From the human T2T-CHM13v2.0 reference genome, Homo sapiens, in the NCBI RefSeq assembly GCF_009914755.1, contig NC_060936.1: DNA of 64,000 nt; one strand, written 5' to 3'. The notes below the pieces were generated by a model that saw only the letters and a list, made by a program, of their open reading frames with translations, was not told where the DNA came from and searched no databases. Below are positions 1 to 21,039 of this stretch, in pieces. Numbering within the stretch: position 1 is the first letter of the stretch; every line of letters begins with the position of its first letter. Made by a program: the position numbers and the translations under genes.

Positions 1-236
1 TTCTCATGATAGTGAGTTCTCACGACATTATGATGGTTTTATAAGGGACTCTTCCCCAATTCACTTGGCACTCATTCTCTCTCCTGCTGTCCTGTAAAGA
101 GGTGCTTTCCACCATGATTGTAAGTTTCCTGAGGCTTCCCCAGCCATGTGGAGCTGTGAGTCAATTACACCTCTTTTCTTATAAATTAACCCGTCTCAGG
201 TATTTCTTTATAGCAGCGTGAAAATGGATTAATACA
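1..236 (+). mobile_element. MaLR LTR 3' part (THE1/MST type)
   Basis: gtaagtttcctgaggc...ataaatt...ctttatagcagcgtgaaaatggattaataca terminus. Confidence 0.85.
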
Positions 237-1040
237 ACCCATTTGCAGTCACTACTCATCCCCACAACCCCTGGCAATCTCTAATCTACTGTCTATCTCT
301 ACGGATTTACCTATTCTGGATATTTCTTATAAATGAAATCATACAATATGTGATCTTTCATATATGTCCTCTTTCACTTAGCATCCTGTTTTCAGGGTTC
401 ATCCATGTTGTAGCATTAATCAGTACTTCCTTCTTTTTAAGGCTGAATAATATTCTGTTGTATGGATATTCTATATTGTGTTTTTCTATTCATTCATTGA
501 TGGACATTGGATTGATTCCATTTTTGGCTCTTAAAAATATGCTGCTATGAATATTCATGCACAACTTTTCTGTATGAACTTATGTTTTCAATTTTCTTTG
601 GTGTAGAGCTAGGAGTGGAATTGTTGGGTGGTATGATAACAATATGTTTAACTTGTTGAGGAACTGCTAGACCATTTCCAAAGCACCCACACAATTTTGC
701 AATCCCACCAGCCCTGTACAAGGGTTCCAGTTTCTCTATATCCTCAATAACACATGTTATTATCTTTTTTACTGTGGCTATCCCAGTAGATGCAAAGTGG
801 TATATTTTTGAGGTTTTGATTTGCATTTCCCCATTGACTAATGATGTTGAGCATTTCCTGTGCTTACTGGCAATTTGTATATTTTCTTCAAAGAAATGTC
901 CATTCAGAGACTTTGCCCCTCTTTAACTGGGTTGTTTGTCTTTTTATTGTTGAGTTTAAGATATATATATATATATTCTAGATACAAATACTTCATCAGA
1001 TATGTGAATTGCAAATATTTTCTCTCCTTTTTGTGGGTTT
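237..1040 (-). mobile_element. Old L1 (L1M) 3' fragment
   Basis: Typical antisense L1M text such as ggttcatccatgttgtagca and atgatgttgagcat. Confidence 0.85.
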
Positions 1041-1406
1041 TCTGGCCCTTGCTTCTTTCACTGCTTTGTGAACCTTTTTTGAGAGGTCTGTTTATGTATC
1101 CCAGAGTTTTTCACAAAACTGCTTTCCATTTTTGCTTGTATCTTCTCCTTTGGCTCCCAACATGAACACTGGGAGGGGGTACAGATTCAAAGGCAAACAT
1201 CATGTTGGGCTAGGCTCTGAACTCAACTCCTAAGTCTGAATCCCAGCTCTGCTCTTATCCTAGCTTCTCTGAGCCTAGGTTTTCCCACCTATACAATAGG
1301 AATATTAATGCCAACCTCTCTTTCAGTTTTCAAAATTAAGTGAGATAGTGTTGGGCCACTTTACCGCCATCATCTCACGTAAGCCTCACAACCAACCTGT
1401 GCATAG

Positions 1407-1707
<301 letters not shown>

Positions 1708-1747
1708 CTGTGCATAGATATTCTTATCCCCATTTTACAAATGAGGA

Positions 1748-2345
1748 GGCCAGGTGCAGTGACTCACACCTGTAATCCCAGCACTTTGGGAGGCCAAGGC
1801 AGGTGGATTGCTTGAGCTCAGGAGTTCCAGACCAGCCTGGGCAACACGGCAAAACCCCATCTTCAAAAAATACAAAAAATTGGCTGGGCGAAGTGGTTCA
1901 TGCCTATAATCCCAGGACTTTGGGAGGCTGAGGCAGGCGGATCACGAGGTCAGGAGATCAAGACCATCCTGGCTAACATGGTGAAACCCCATCTCTACTA
2001 AAAATACAGAAACAAAATTAGCCGGGCGTGGTGGCGGGCACCTGTAGTCCCAGCTACTTGGGAGGCTGAGGCGGGAGAATGGCATGAACCGGGAGGCGGA
2101 GGTTGCAGTGAGCCAAGATCACGCCACTGCACTCCAGCCTGGGCGACAGACCAAGACTCCGTCTCAAAAAAAAAAAAAAAAAATTAGCCAGGCGTGGTGG
2201 TGTGCGCCTGTAGTCCCAGCTACTTAGGAGACTGAGGTGGGAGGATCACTAGAGTACAGGAGGTCAAGGCTGCAGTGAGCCATGATCTCACCACTGCATT
2301 CCAGGTGATGTAATGAGACCCTGTCAAAAAAATAAAAATAAAAAA
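1748..2345 (+). mobile_element. Younger Alu (~1882-2182) nested in the A-rich linker of an older AluJ-like element
   Basis: Left arm, then a complete second Alu with polyA, then the right arm resumes at aaattagccaggc. Confidence 0.85.
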
Positions 2346-2364
2346 AAGAGGAAAACTAAGGGTT

Positions 2365-2530
2365 TTTTTGTTTTTGTTTTTTTATTATTATACTTTAAGT
2401 TCTAGGGTACATGTGCACAACGTGCAGGCTTGTTATGTAGGTATACATGTGCCATGTTGGTTTGCTGCACCCATCAACTCATCATTTACATTAGGTATTT
2501 CTCCTAATGCTATGCCTCCCCTAGCCCCCC
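2365..2530 (-). mobile_element. L1PA extreme 3' fragment
   Basis: ttattatactttaagttctagggtacatgtgcacaacgtgcagg signature. Confidence 0.9.
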
Positions 2531-2934
2531 AATTGTTTGGTCAACCAAGCATTCTTTTTACATACCAGTAATCATCAGCTGTCCAAATGGCTAGATATTT
2601 GGGCAAATTCCCAAGAAGCCTGTTCCAAAAAAAAAAAAAAAAGGGCTACAGGTTGGAAAATGAAAACCTAGCTGTATGAATTTTTTCTTTTTTATTAGAA
2701 ATATATATTAAGGGAATGCTAGGTGTCAGACCCTCCATTAGGCACCGGAGCAATGAATACATTGAGATATGGTCTGTGCCTTCACGGAGCTCACAGTCAG
2801 GTGGCAGAACAAACACTCAAAAGTCAACAGGCCGCTGAATCAAATGACTGTGACTCGCGTCAAGAGCACAAAGGAGATAAATCAGGAGCTGAGTCAGAAC
2901 CCACTGACTATGGTCACAGGACCTACTTAAGATG

Positions 2935-3850
<916 letters not shown>

Positions 3851-6069
3851 AAGAACAAAGAAAATGAATTTTTGACAGTAAAATTAGTAGCACAGCTTAG
3901 ATATACTTGCCCTATGTTCTCTATCAGTAACCAAATTTTTATTAAATTTAAGTAAAGTCATCTACCTGGTGCTGTGCATCAAATAGTACATCAAATCTTG
4001 CTCTTAATTTCTTTGGGGCATAATAAAATAATTATCCTAAGGGCTTTGTGGATGGATGCACTAACTTTTGGTTACATTTGTAGTCCCCTTAGAAAGTTGC
4101 TTTTGAACACAGAAACACTGTTTGACTGTTGGTGTCCCACTCTCTGAGTCTCAGTTTTCTCATCTGTAAAATAGGGGATAAGATTACTTCTATCCCCATG
4201 GGGGTTATTGTAAGGAATCAATTATATGATGTACATATAGTGGTTAGTCCAGGGCCTGGCACAGAATATTCAATAAATATTAACTATAATTTTAATATGA
4301 TGATTCATTATTATGACTAATATAGCTCCTGGCTTCCCCTTTGGCCTTATCTCATCTCTCTCCTCTCTCCTCTCTTTTCTTTCCTTTCTTGTACCCTCTC
4401 CTCTCTCTTTCACTCCTACAGCTCAGCCACACTGCATTTTGGGGGGAACCTTCAATAAAAAAGTTCTTTCCCCCCTCCAGACCTTTATAATTGCCATCCT
4501 CCCTGCCAGGCATCCTCTCCCCACTGCTCTCTGCAGGCCTGGCTTCTTCTCAAACCCTCAGGTCTCAGTCTACCCGCTTTCTGCTAAAAAAAAAAAAAAA
4601 AAAAAAAAAAACTGCCTCCTCCACCCCACTTTCTTTGCCTTAATAATATTCTGTATTCATCTTATTTATTTGCATGTTTACTTATTTTTTATCTCCACCA
4701 GAAAGTAAGCCTCATGAGGGCAGGGAGCAGTGCCAGCCACACAGGTGATACTCAAGAAGTAGTTTTCAAATAAATGAATTAATGAATGGCTGTCTATCTA
4801 GGACAGTGGTTCTCAAGTCTAGCTGCACTCAGGATAACCTGAAAAACTTTCAAAAAAAAATTCTGATGCTGGGGTCCCACCCCCAGAGAGCCTGATTCAG
4901 TTGGTTTGGGAAGGAACTTGGGTATAGGAATTTTTTAAGCTTCCCACCCCAGGTAATTCTAAGTTGCAGCTAGAACTGGGAACCATGAATACAGGGAGAT
5001 ATAAAAATATAACTTTGGAGAGTTTCATCTCCGGTCTTCACTGGCAGCAATCCCATAGGTACTGCTGTCTCATCCAGGGTATCATGTGGGATGTAGCAAG
5101 AGTTCTGATCTGAAGACCAGAAGGAAAGGACAAAGTACTTTCCACATTTTCCTGGCTTAGGGCAGTGGAGTAGCTTTGCCGTCTGGTGTGAAGTGTCATG
5201 AACTCTCAGAACATTAGACCTACCGGTATTCAGTGCCAGTTATCAAAATTTATGGGGTTACTCTGGACTCTTTTTCTTTGAGGTGTGGATGCCAGGAGTT
5301 GCCTGGCACAGCCTCATGACTGTCTTGCCGTCCCCCACAGCAACCTTTTTGAGGTTCAGCATAGAAATGGTCACCGTCACTTCTGACTTCTGCCCAGCTT
5401 TCCCCCCGTGGGTATTTAGGTGTCATGTGTCCATCCAGGGAAGGGGTGTATAAATAAGTTTGAAATAACCAGCTGCAGTGACCATGAGATCATTAGCATT
5501 TACTACAGGAGAGAGGACCTTGCTCACTCTTCTATCAAAGTGTGGCCTTCACTGGTTCAAGGCATCTGGTCAAGACCTGAACACTGTTATTCCGTTTTGC
5601 CAACATGAGCCTAGGCCCAGAGCAAAGAGAAGAGTCACTGCAGGAGACTCCTGCATGCCTTATGAAATACGTGATGAGAACCCATGTGTTCTATATCCTA
5701 AGAGTGAAGTGTCATGAATTCTTAGAACATTAGACTATGCTCTTGTTCTATAAGATCCATTTGGATAACAGAGGAAAATTAAAACCAGAAAGAAACTGAA
5801 GTCCCTTCATTTTAAAATACTTTGCAGGATGAAGAGAGACAGCAACTGGCTGCTTAGCACCCTCAAATACGGGTGGTTGGCTTATGAAATTATGAGTGCT
5901 ATAGCTTAGAAAAGAACTCAACAATGTCCAAACACCACAAATATAAGTGAACAGACAATGGACGTGGAGGAAAGGTGCGACTTACAAGGAGTCACAGGGA
6001 GAATTTCTCTGTGGTGATGGAGCATTTCTGTTTCCTGATTGTAGTCATGGTTATTAAAATGTACATGGG

Positions 6070-8718
<2,649 letters not shown>

Positions 8719-8764
8719 ATGGGACAAAATTCCATAGAAGCATACACATATGAAAAAAGAGTAG

Positions 8765-9060
8765 GCTAGGCATGGTGGCTCATGTCTATAATACCAACAG
8801 TTTCGGAGGCCGAGGCAGGCAGATAATTTGAGCTCTGAAGTTCAAGACCAGCCTGGGCAACATGGCACAACCTCATCTCTACAAAAAATACAAAAATTAC
8901 CTGGTAGTGGTAGCACTCACCTGTAGTCCCAGATACTTGGGAGGCTGAGGTGGGAAGATCACTTCAGCCAGGGAAGTTGAGGTTGCAGTGAGCCAAGATC
9001 ATGCCATTGCACTCCAGCCCGGGTGACAGAGCGAGATCCTGTCTCAAGAAAAAAAAAAAA
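8765..9060 (+). mobile_element. AluJ-like
   Basis: Alu consensus with polyA. Confidence 0.88.
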
Positions 9061-10284
9061 ACACACTGACACTGGTAGAAATCTATTCACTCAGGAGTTA
9101 TATTAATATAATATCACTATAATAATAGTATTTTAAAATATTTTTTGAAGACAGCTTTGAATAATATTTTGGACATGTTGGATTGAATATATATTATTGA
9201 AGTTAATTTCACCTACTTATTTTTACTTTTTTGATGTGGTTACTAGAAAATTTAAAATCACCTGTGTGTCTCCCATTATATTTCTGTTGCACAGTGCTGG
9301 TTCATAATATGTAAAAGTTTCCCACAGCTCAGTAAGAAAACACAAACCGACAGAAAACTAGACAAAGGGTATGGGTACAAAACTCATCAAGAAGAAATAC
9401 GTAGGATCAATAAATATTCATTTATACATACATTTGTTAATTCAACACATACTTATTGCTCTCCTTCTATGTTCCAGGCACTGTGTGGGTCACGAGGGAG
9501 AGCTGGCCAGTTTTAGATAAGCTGGAGGTGAAAAGTCCTCTGTGAGAAGATAACACTGGAGCTAAGATCTGAAGTGTGAAAAGATGGCTCAACCTCACCA
9601 TTAATTAATGGAATCTTATCTTGAGATTCTTCTTCACCCATCAGAATGGGGAAACAATAGATTGATAATATACAGTATTGGCAATGATGTCGGGGAAAGA
9701 GCACTTAAAAGAATTAGTGGGAGCATAGATTTGGATAACCTTTCTGCAGGGCAATTTGGCTCTATCTCTCCAAATGTAAATCCATATACCCTTTGACACA
9801 ACAATTCCATTCCTAGAAATTCACCAAAAGCAGAGGCTCAAACGTATGCAAAAATGTATGAATTAGAATGTCCACTGCAGCATATTATGCAATCTCAACA
9901 AATTTTAAATAACTAAATGTCTATAGTTATAGGTGAGGCATGACCACTTAAATGAACTACTAGGAAGCCTTAAAAAGAATAAGAGAACCATACTCACAAT
10001 GTTTATAGAACTCACAATGTTTCTATAAGTTTGAAGCTATTTGAAAATAAAAAGTTACAAAGGAAAGATTGCACCATAACAAATCAAGACTTTCCCCAAG
10101 AATACAAGGATGATGTAACATCAGGAAGTCTATCAATATAACTCATTATTTTAATCACGAAGGGGGAAAGGAAACAAGAATAAGATAGACTTGGACACAC
10201 TAGCTTGGGAAGTTGCCCACCCCATATTAAGTGGAAAAAAAAGCAAATTGCAGAACACATGTAGTATGATACTGTTTGTATTTT

Positions 10285-10973
<689 letters not shown>

Positions 10974-12858
10974 TAGCCACGTGACTATGGACAAATTGCT
11001 TTGACTTCTTTGTGCCTCAGTTTTCCCATCTGTAAAATGGAAACCACAAAGCACCTAGCTCATAGTGTTGTGAGGACCAATACAATAATCCTTGAAAATC
11101 ATTTAACACAGTGTCTGGCATATACTAAATGCCTCATAAATACTATCTGTTATCATTGTTATTTTGTCAAAGAAAGACTTAAGGCCAAAACATTTAGAGA
11201 AGAAAAGATTTTACTTCAAAAGAAATACAAGAGAATCCACCTTCAAAAAGACCAGCTAGCCAAAGCAAAACACAAGTATTTAAAAGAAAACAGATGCAAA
11301 GTTGCCAAGGTCACTGAGTTGTTTTATATTAATCTGTTCCTGGAAAACAAACAGTATCTTTCTGAGTATATTACAATATCCACAAAGGAAGTAACCCGTG
11401 TTTAGACATCATAGTTGCAAAAGGTAGTGATGAAGTTGTCTTTGCCAAAATTTATGGGAAGTACTCAAGGTTTTAATATTTGAGGGATCAGGACTAGACA
11501 GACTGACTCTGTTATTCTTGGTTTACCTCAGGGTGAAAATTGCTGTTTCTCTCTCCTGACTATGATACATGATGTGCTTAGTCATAATGGAAGCAGGAGA
11601 AAGTGTCAGTTTTCTTTTCATATTATTCATGCGGGGAAAAAATCTAGAATCAGATGCACCAAACTGCTAATAAGGGTTATCTCTGAGAAGTAAGATTAGG
11701 GAAAGAGATTTACTATTGACTGCATGCGCTTCTATAGCATCCAAATGTTTTACATGTTCACAAATTGCATTAGTAATTTTTAAAAGAACAAATAAGATCA
11801 TATAAATTTTGAGTATCTAAAGCTGCCCTGTTTCTTCCTAGTTCTTCCACACCAGATGGAATAGTTTACATTCTAAGCTCTTCAGAAAAAGATTTATAAA
11901 CCATGCATTTTCTCTAAAATCCATTTCCACCGCTTCAGTCTGTCACATCTGCCAGGAGAACCTCAGTATAAAATTCCAATTAAAAGAGGAAAAGAATTAC
12001 AGTGACATGTTGGGGAAGCAGGGAAAGAATTCTTTCTGCTTCACTGTTAGTTCTCTACCCTTAAGCCCGAGACCCCCCCAGCCATGGAAATCCTTCACAA
12101 TGAAATCTCAGAGCTGGAATCTCTCACTCTCGTCCCTCCCCTCATCTTCTTACTTTTACCCAGCAGATCTACCCGTGGGCAGCCCTTTTCCCAAGTACCA
12201 GGGGAGAAAATGGATTCAGAAAAGGATTTGTGGGGAGAGGAGCTTCCACACTTAATACTGAAAGAGGCTTTTCATCTGTTTTTCAAGCCAACAGCAGCCC
12301 CATTCCCAGATTCACTCAAGGTCTCCCTTACATGTCCCTGGAAAGAAGGAGGGTCACATACAAGATGCCAGAGTGGCAGCAGGTGATGAAGGTGGGGCAG
12401 GATTCACCTGTGGCTTGCACCCAAATCCCCTTCAGCCAGGTCACCAAGCACAGCCTCTCTGCCTTGTATCAAACAACTCAAATGGCCAGGGACTCTCATT
12501 TCACCTGTGCTCATGGGCAATGCACAGGTGATAGATGTACCCTTCTACGTGACAGATTGGCTGTTCTTCCCACTTTTTTGGTCACTGCTACTGAGAACAC
12601 GAAACTGTTTTTTCATCCAAACAGCCAGGAGTTGCCATTTAGAAAAGAGAGGGGACTTCATTATTTTTCCTATGGTTACAGCAACATGAATGCATCATCA
12701 TAGCTATCATCTCAGAACTGTGTTTTCCAAGGCAGCACAATAGGTCGGTTTGGGAAGGTCTGAATTTATATAATTCTAAACTGGATTATGAGCTCAGAAT
12801 TTAGGGTTCTAATATTCTATGCAGTGATTTTGATTGTAAAGCCTCTAAAACAGCTTCT

Positions 12859-13775
12859 CAGCAGTTTGGGAGGCTGAGGCAGGTGGATTGCTTGAGGTCA
12901 GGAGTTTGACACCAGCCTGGACAACATGGCAAAACCCCATCTCTACCAAAAATACAAAAAAAAAAAAAAAATTAGCTGGTTGTGGTGGTATGCACCTGTA
13001 GTCCCAGCTACTCAGGAGGCTGAGGTGGAAGGATTACTCTCCCCAAAGATCCAGCAAGGGTAGAGAAGATTCTGGTACACCCCAAAGATTGCAGATTTAG
13101 AATAAGAGCAAGGCAGGAAGTGGCAATTCACAGCAAAAGCTAACATTTATTGAGCACACACTATGTGCGGAGCCAATACCAACCACTTGACACACATTAA
13201 TTCAATGTGAAGTGGGCGCTATTACTATTGCCCCCGATTTACAGATGAGGGCACTAAGGCTTAGGAAAGTTGAAAACTTGCCTTAGCTCTTGCAGATGAT
13301 AAGACATGGAATTTGAACTCAGATCTCTGAATTTCAAGCCCATGGTCTATTACATACTTCCTTGGAATAAATTTAACGACGGTGGGCATCTTGACCTTGA
13401 AGGACATTAAGGATAGTTACATAGACCAGAAGTTTTCAATCCTGTGAAGCTTAAAAATTATAATAATAGGCTGGGTAAGGTGGCTCATGCCTGTAATCCC
13501 AGCACTTTGGGAGGCTCTGGCAGGTGGATTGCTTGAGGTCAGGAGTTTGAAACCAGCCTGGGCAACATGGCAAAACCCCATCTCTACCAAAAATTAAAAA
13601 AAAGACAAAAATTAGCTGGGTGTGGTGGTATGCACCTGTAGTCCCAGCTACTCAGGAGGCTGAAGTGGAAGGATTACTTGAGCCCAGGAGGTCGAGGCTG
13701 CAGTGAGCCAAGATTGTGCCACTCCGCTCCAACCTGGGTGACAGAATGAGACCTCATCTCAAAAAAAAAAAAATT
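12859..13775 (+). mobile_element. Doubly truncated Alu (12859-13038), MIR (~13130-13350), full AluJ-like element (13469-13775)
   Basis: Alu and MIR consensus text; see the finding on local copying. Confidence 0.85.
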
Positions 13776-13789
13776 TTAATGATAATAAT

Positions 13790-14270
13790 AATGCAAGAGC
13801 AACTCAGCCATCTATCAACAGCTGAAGGGATAAACAAAATGCAGTGTATCCTTACAATGGAATATTATATATATCCCTACAATGGAGTATTGTTCATCCT
13901 TAAAAGGGGAAAAAATTCTGACACATACTATAACATGGATGAACTTTGAAGACATTATTATGTCTAAGTAAAAGAATCCAGTCCCCCCAAAAAACAAATA
14001 CTGCATAATTTCACTTGCATGAGGTACCCAGAATAGTCAAATTTATAGAGTCAGAAGGAATTGTGGTTGTCAGGGGCTGGGGAGAGGATGAATGGGAGTG
14101 AGTATTTTACAGGTATGGAGTTTCCATTGGGGAAGATGAAAATTCCAGAGATAGATGGTGGGTCATGGTTGCACAGCAATGCGAATGTACATAATGCCAC
14201 TAAACAGTATACTTAAAAATGATTAAAAGATTAAATTGTAGGCATATTTTACCACAACAAAAAAATCACA
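13790..14270 (+). mobile_element. L1MB-like 3' end
   Basis: catggatgaactttgaagacattat...acttaaaaatgattaaaa. Confidence 0.85.
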
Positions 14271-14741
14271 CACAAAAAACATGTGCCACCTGGTCCCCAC
14301 ATCAGTTAAATCAGAATCTCTCCATGATAGAGCCTGGTTCTCTGTATTTTTTTTTTACTACCCAGGTGGTTCTAATGAACACCCAAGCTGGAGAACTCCA
14401 GAATTCGTGACTTAGAATTCGGGAACTCACCTTGCTGGAAGTCCCTAACATTGTTTTTAGTTCTCGCTCTCTCATTCACACAAGAGGCCTAAAAGCAATT
14501 CCTCTTCATTGTTGAGTCTTCCCACCTGTTGCTGACTAAGGTGGCCCAGATCCAAGAATTAATGGAAGGTTCCGGAAGCAGAAAGCTCTGTGGTATACTG
14601 GGTATTTCTCTGGCTTGTAATTGTCTGCATATGTCTAATCCCCCTTAATAGTCCAGGAAGAGGAGCAATTATTACTGAAGTGCTGTGATTTCAGAATCAA
14701 GGAAGAGGTTCTCAGTGAAATCTGTAATTTCACAGCACTGA

Positions 14742-14876
<135 letters not shown>

Positions 14877-15594
14877 TGATCCTGCCACCTCAGCCTCCCG
14901 AGAAACTTAGACTACAGGTGTGCGCATACATAACTTTTAAATAAATATTTCCAGTCTTCTTTGGGCTACAGCACAACTGTTGGGTGACTCTCAGCCATGG
15001 GATGATAAAGAGAGCTTATTTTTCAAAACTGTGTGTTCTTTTTATTTTGAAAAATTGCAGGCCTCAAATATAAGTGAGCAAATAACACAATGACCTATAT
15101 AATCACCAAAATGCATCAATAGTTAACATTTTTTGCCATTTTTATTCTTATTTTGCTGAAAATTTAGGTACAGGTTGCAATAATATCAGTTCTAGATAAT
15201 GCAGCCTGTATCTTCTGTAGAAAAAAAAATTCTCTTGTGTAACTAAAATACAAATATCACACTCAAGAAATTTAACATTATTATTATCTAACATTTACTC
15301 TACACTCGAATTTCCCCAATTATCCCGAAGATATCTGTAATTGCTACTTATTTATTAATCCTAGACACGATCAAGGATCATACATTGCATATAATTGTTA
15401 GGTTCATCTAGTTTTCTTTAATCTAGGAGAGTCTCCTGATGTGTTTGGGTGGGTGGGTGTGCATGTCTTTCACGACATTGACTTTTTAAAAATAATTTCA
15501 AGCCATTTGTCTTGCAGAAAGTTGCTCAAATAGAATTTACCCTATTATTCCCTCTTAATTAAAAAAAGCTAGGTATATTGAGAAAACTACATAG

Positions 15595-16010
15595 GGCCAG
15601 GTGCAGTGGCTCATGCCTGTAATCCCAACACTCTGAGAGGCCGAGGCAAGTGGATTGCTTGAGGCTGGAAGTTCGAGACCAGCCTGGCCAACATGGTGAA
15701 ACTCTCTCTGCTAAAAATACAAAAATTTGCCACGCGTGGTGGCAGGCACCTTTAGTCTCAGCTACTCAGGAGGCTGAGGCGGGAGAATGGCTTGAACCCA
15801 GGAGGCAGAGGTTGCAGTGAGCTGAGATCACGTCACTGCACTCCAGCCTGGGAAACAAAGCAAGACTCCGTCTCTGGAAAAAAAAAAAAAAAGAAGAAGA
15901 AAAAGGAGGAGGAGGAGGAGGAGGAGGAGAAGGGAGAAGGGAGAAGAGAAGAGAAGAGAAGAGAAGAGAAGAGAAGAGAAGAGAAGAGAAAAAAGAAAAG
16001 AAAAGAAAAC
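15595..16010 (+). mobile_element. AluS with tail expanded into a (GAA)/(GAG)/(GAGAA)n purine microsatellite
   Basis: Alu followed by about 130 nt of pure purines (15876-16009). Confidence 0.9.
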
Positions 16011-16730
16011 TACACAGGTAAAATGTCCTTGCTAGGGTATTTTATCAGAAGGCACATGATGTCATTTGGTCAAGATTCTCTTATTATTAAAGGGAGAAGA
16101 ACAGTATCTGGCCTTCATTTCAGCAGCAAGCAGTCTCTGAATACCTCTTCTTTGCCTGGCAGTGTACTATGTCCTGCAGACCTCAAAGATGCCCTCAAAA
16201 ACTTCACATTCTGTGGGGAAACAGAAATATTCATGCACTCATTCAGTCAATAACATATTTCTTGAGCTCCAACAATGTGCCAGACACCACTCTAAGTACT
16301 AGAAACAAGGATGATATTTAAATATTTAACAAGTTTGGCATGAGCACAGAATCAGAGAAGATGCTCTGCTGAGCCCAGTAACCCTTAAGTTGCTGGATCA
16401 TGGGGAAACCGGGGAAAAGGCAGAGGAGCAAGTGGGATGGCTGGGATATTGGGGAAGGCGGACAAGCTTCAGAGTAGCTGCTATTTATCAGTGAGTACAG
16501 AGTATTTCAACATTTTAACAGCTGGGAATGACAGCCGTGGCTTGGGCATGGAGATGAAAAATTCAGCCAAGGTCCCTGACCTCATGGATTGACCTTCTAG
16601 TGCAGGAGTGGGCGAACTTCTTTGGTAAATGACCAAATAGTAAATATTTTTGGCCTTGCAGGCCCTACATTCTCTGGACAGAGAGGCAAAGTCCCAACTA
16701 CTCAACTCTGTCTTTGTAGCACAAAAGTAG

Positions 16731-18287
<1,557 letters not shown>

Positions 18288-18469
18288 AATAGCCACAGAC
18301 AGTAGTAAACAAATGAGTGTGACTATGTTCCAAATAAGCTTTATTTACAAAAACAGGCAGCAGGCTGGATTTGGCCCATGGGCCATGATTTGCAAATCCC
18401 ATTCTAGTGAACAAGACAGACATACTCATTTGTGTTTTTATGCTACAAATACTTATCCAGCATCTTCTA

Positions 18470-18974
<505 letters not shown>

Positions 18975-19045
18975 TTAGCAGGCTGTCAGTGAGATGAGCA
19001 AAGTCACCAGAGAGCTCTTGGAACCTTTTCATCAGGACAGCCTGA

Positions 19046-19246
<201 letters not shown>

Positions 19247-19764
19247 TAAGTAGGCTTTTTGAATCCCTCCCCATGTCAAACGCCCTTTCTCGAATGCCCG
19301 TTGGAATCTGTTAGGGTAGATTAGGTTATGCTCCAGTAACAACCCCAAGCCAAAGGGTTTTCATGTTTTCTTCTCAGAATAAATTTGTCCCAGTCCAGAG
19401 GGACATATCAACAGTGTGGATCTTCTAGTGCAGGAGTGGGTGAACTCCTTTGGTAAATGACCAAATAGTTAATATTTCTGGCCTTACAGGCCCTACATCC
19501 TCTGGACAGAGGGACATAGTCCCAACTACTCAACTCAGTCTTTGTAGCACAAAAGTAGTGTGTTAGTCCATTCTGCATTGCTATAAAGAAATACCTCAGA
19601 CTGAGTGATTTATAAAAAAAGAAGGTTTGGATGCTTCTTTGGATCAGGTCAACAATATGGATCCATTACATGGATCATATAGGTCAGTGGAAGGTCTCTC
19701 CTCCACACAGTCATGCAGGGTCCCACGCTATACAAAGCTGCACCATCTTGTAGCTGCTCTATCT

Positions 19765-19997
19765 AGGACAGAAGTCAACAAACTTTGTCTGTAAAGGGCC
19801 AGATAGTAAATCTTTTAAGCCTTGCAGGCCATATGGTCCCGATCATGGTCTCTGGCACAGCTACTTAGCTCTGCCATTTTAGCACAAAAGCAGCCATAGA
19901 CAATATAGAAATGAACAGGCGTGGCTGTGTTCCAATAAAACTTTATTTACAACAACAGGCATCTGTCTGTGGGCTGTAGTTTGCCAACTTCAGATCT
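19765..19997 (+). mobile_element. MER58A-like DNA transposon inside an old LTR33-like element (~19307-20200)
   Basis: ctgtaaagggccagatagtaaat...gttccaataaaactttatttac. Confidence 0.75.
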
Positions 19998-21039
19998 AGA
20001 ACATGAGGTGTCCTCAGGCAAAGGCGGGGGAGAGGAAGACTGGAGAATCCCACATGGGCTTTTTACTGCCTAGCGACAAATGTCGCTTAGGCTTACATTG
20101 ACTGAAATCAGTCACGTAATCCCACCTAACTGTAAGAGGGTAGGAAATGTGGGAGAATAAATGGGATATTTAGGATTGCTATTTGCTCTGCCCTAGCACA
20201 TCATCTGCTAAATAAACTCCTACTTGCATCAAACTAGCATAACTGTTTTAGTTTAAGGGCAGAAAGGTCACTACATATTTTTGGTATTGACAAGGAGCTC
20301 TCATCTCATGAAGAGATGGATGCTGCTGATGTGTTGTCCCTCTGGACTGGGACAAATTTATTCTGATTTCTCTAACCAGCTCAGATGGGCTCCATCTGCT
20401 AGACTCAATAACACTTTCCGTCAGAGGTTTGACAGACAGCAAGGTCATGTGATAGGCAACTCAGACCCAGAAATGACAAGTCCAGATCCATCTCTGTCTT
20501 GCTGTGTAATTTCTGGTAAGACAGATAAGAATGCTGAGAAATTCTTTCACTTTTCTGCCACAGCGGCATGGCTACTCCTATACCCTTGACCAAAGTCCTA
20601 CACCCATCAAACTGAGAAGGTCAACCTCTTTCTCTTGGTTGACAAAGGAGGCTCACCCAGATGGGTGAGGGAGGAAGGAGACCTCTTTTGACATTCCAGA
20701 TCAGCCAACCCAACCTTGGCAACCAAGACAGTAGCAGATGTCATGGTAGATCCACTTCCTATCAGAGAAGGCAGACCCAGGAACAACCAGTGGCAGCTGG
20801 GTAGAGGGGAAGATGTCAAAACAGAAGTGTCACAAAAGAAAATTAAATGGCTTTGGCCAAATAAAAGAGAAAAGGACACTCAAACATGAAAGGAAACTCA
20901 AGGTTTCTTGCCTGCAGGATGGCAAATTTGATGTTGGCCCATGAAGAGGAAGATGGTTGGAGAATACACGTGAATGAACCTGACTATATTCTTAAGAGAA
21001 GGTGTAAGGTGCTTGTGAACTTGTGAGCAGGGGAGCCAC

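Noticed and set aside
15792-16253. 153-aa K/E/R-rich ORF
   Set aside because: It is an Alu right arm plus a purine microsatellite tail.
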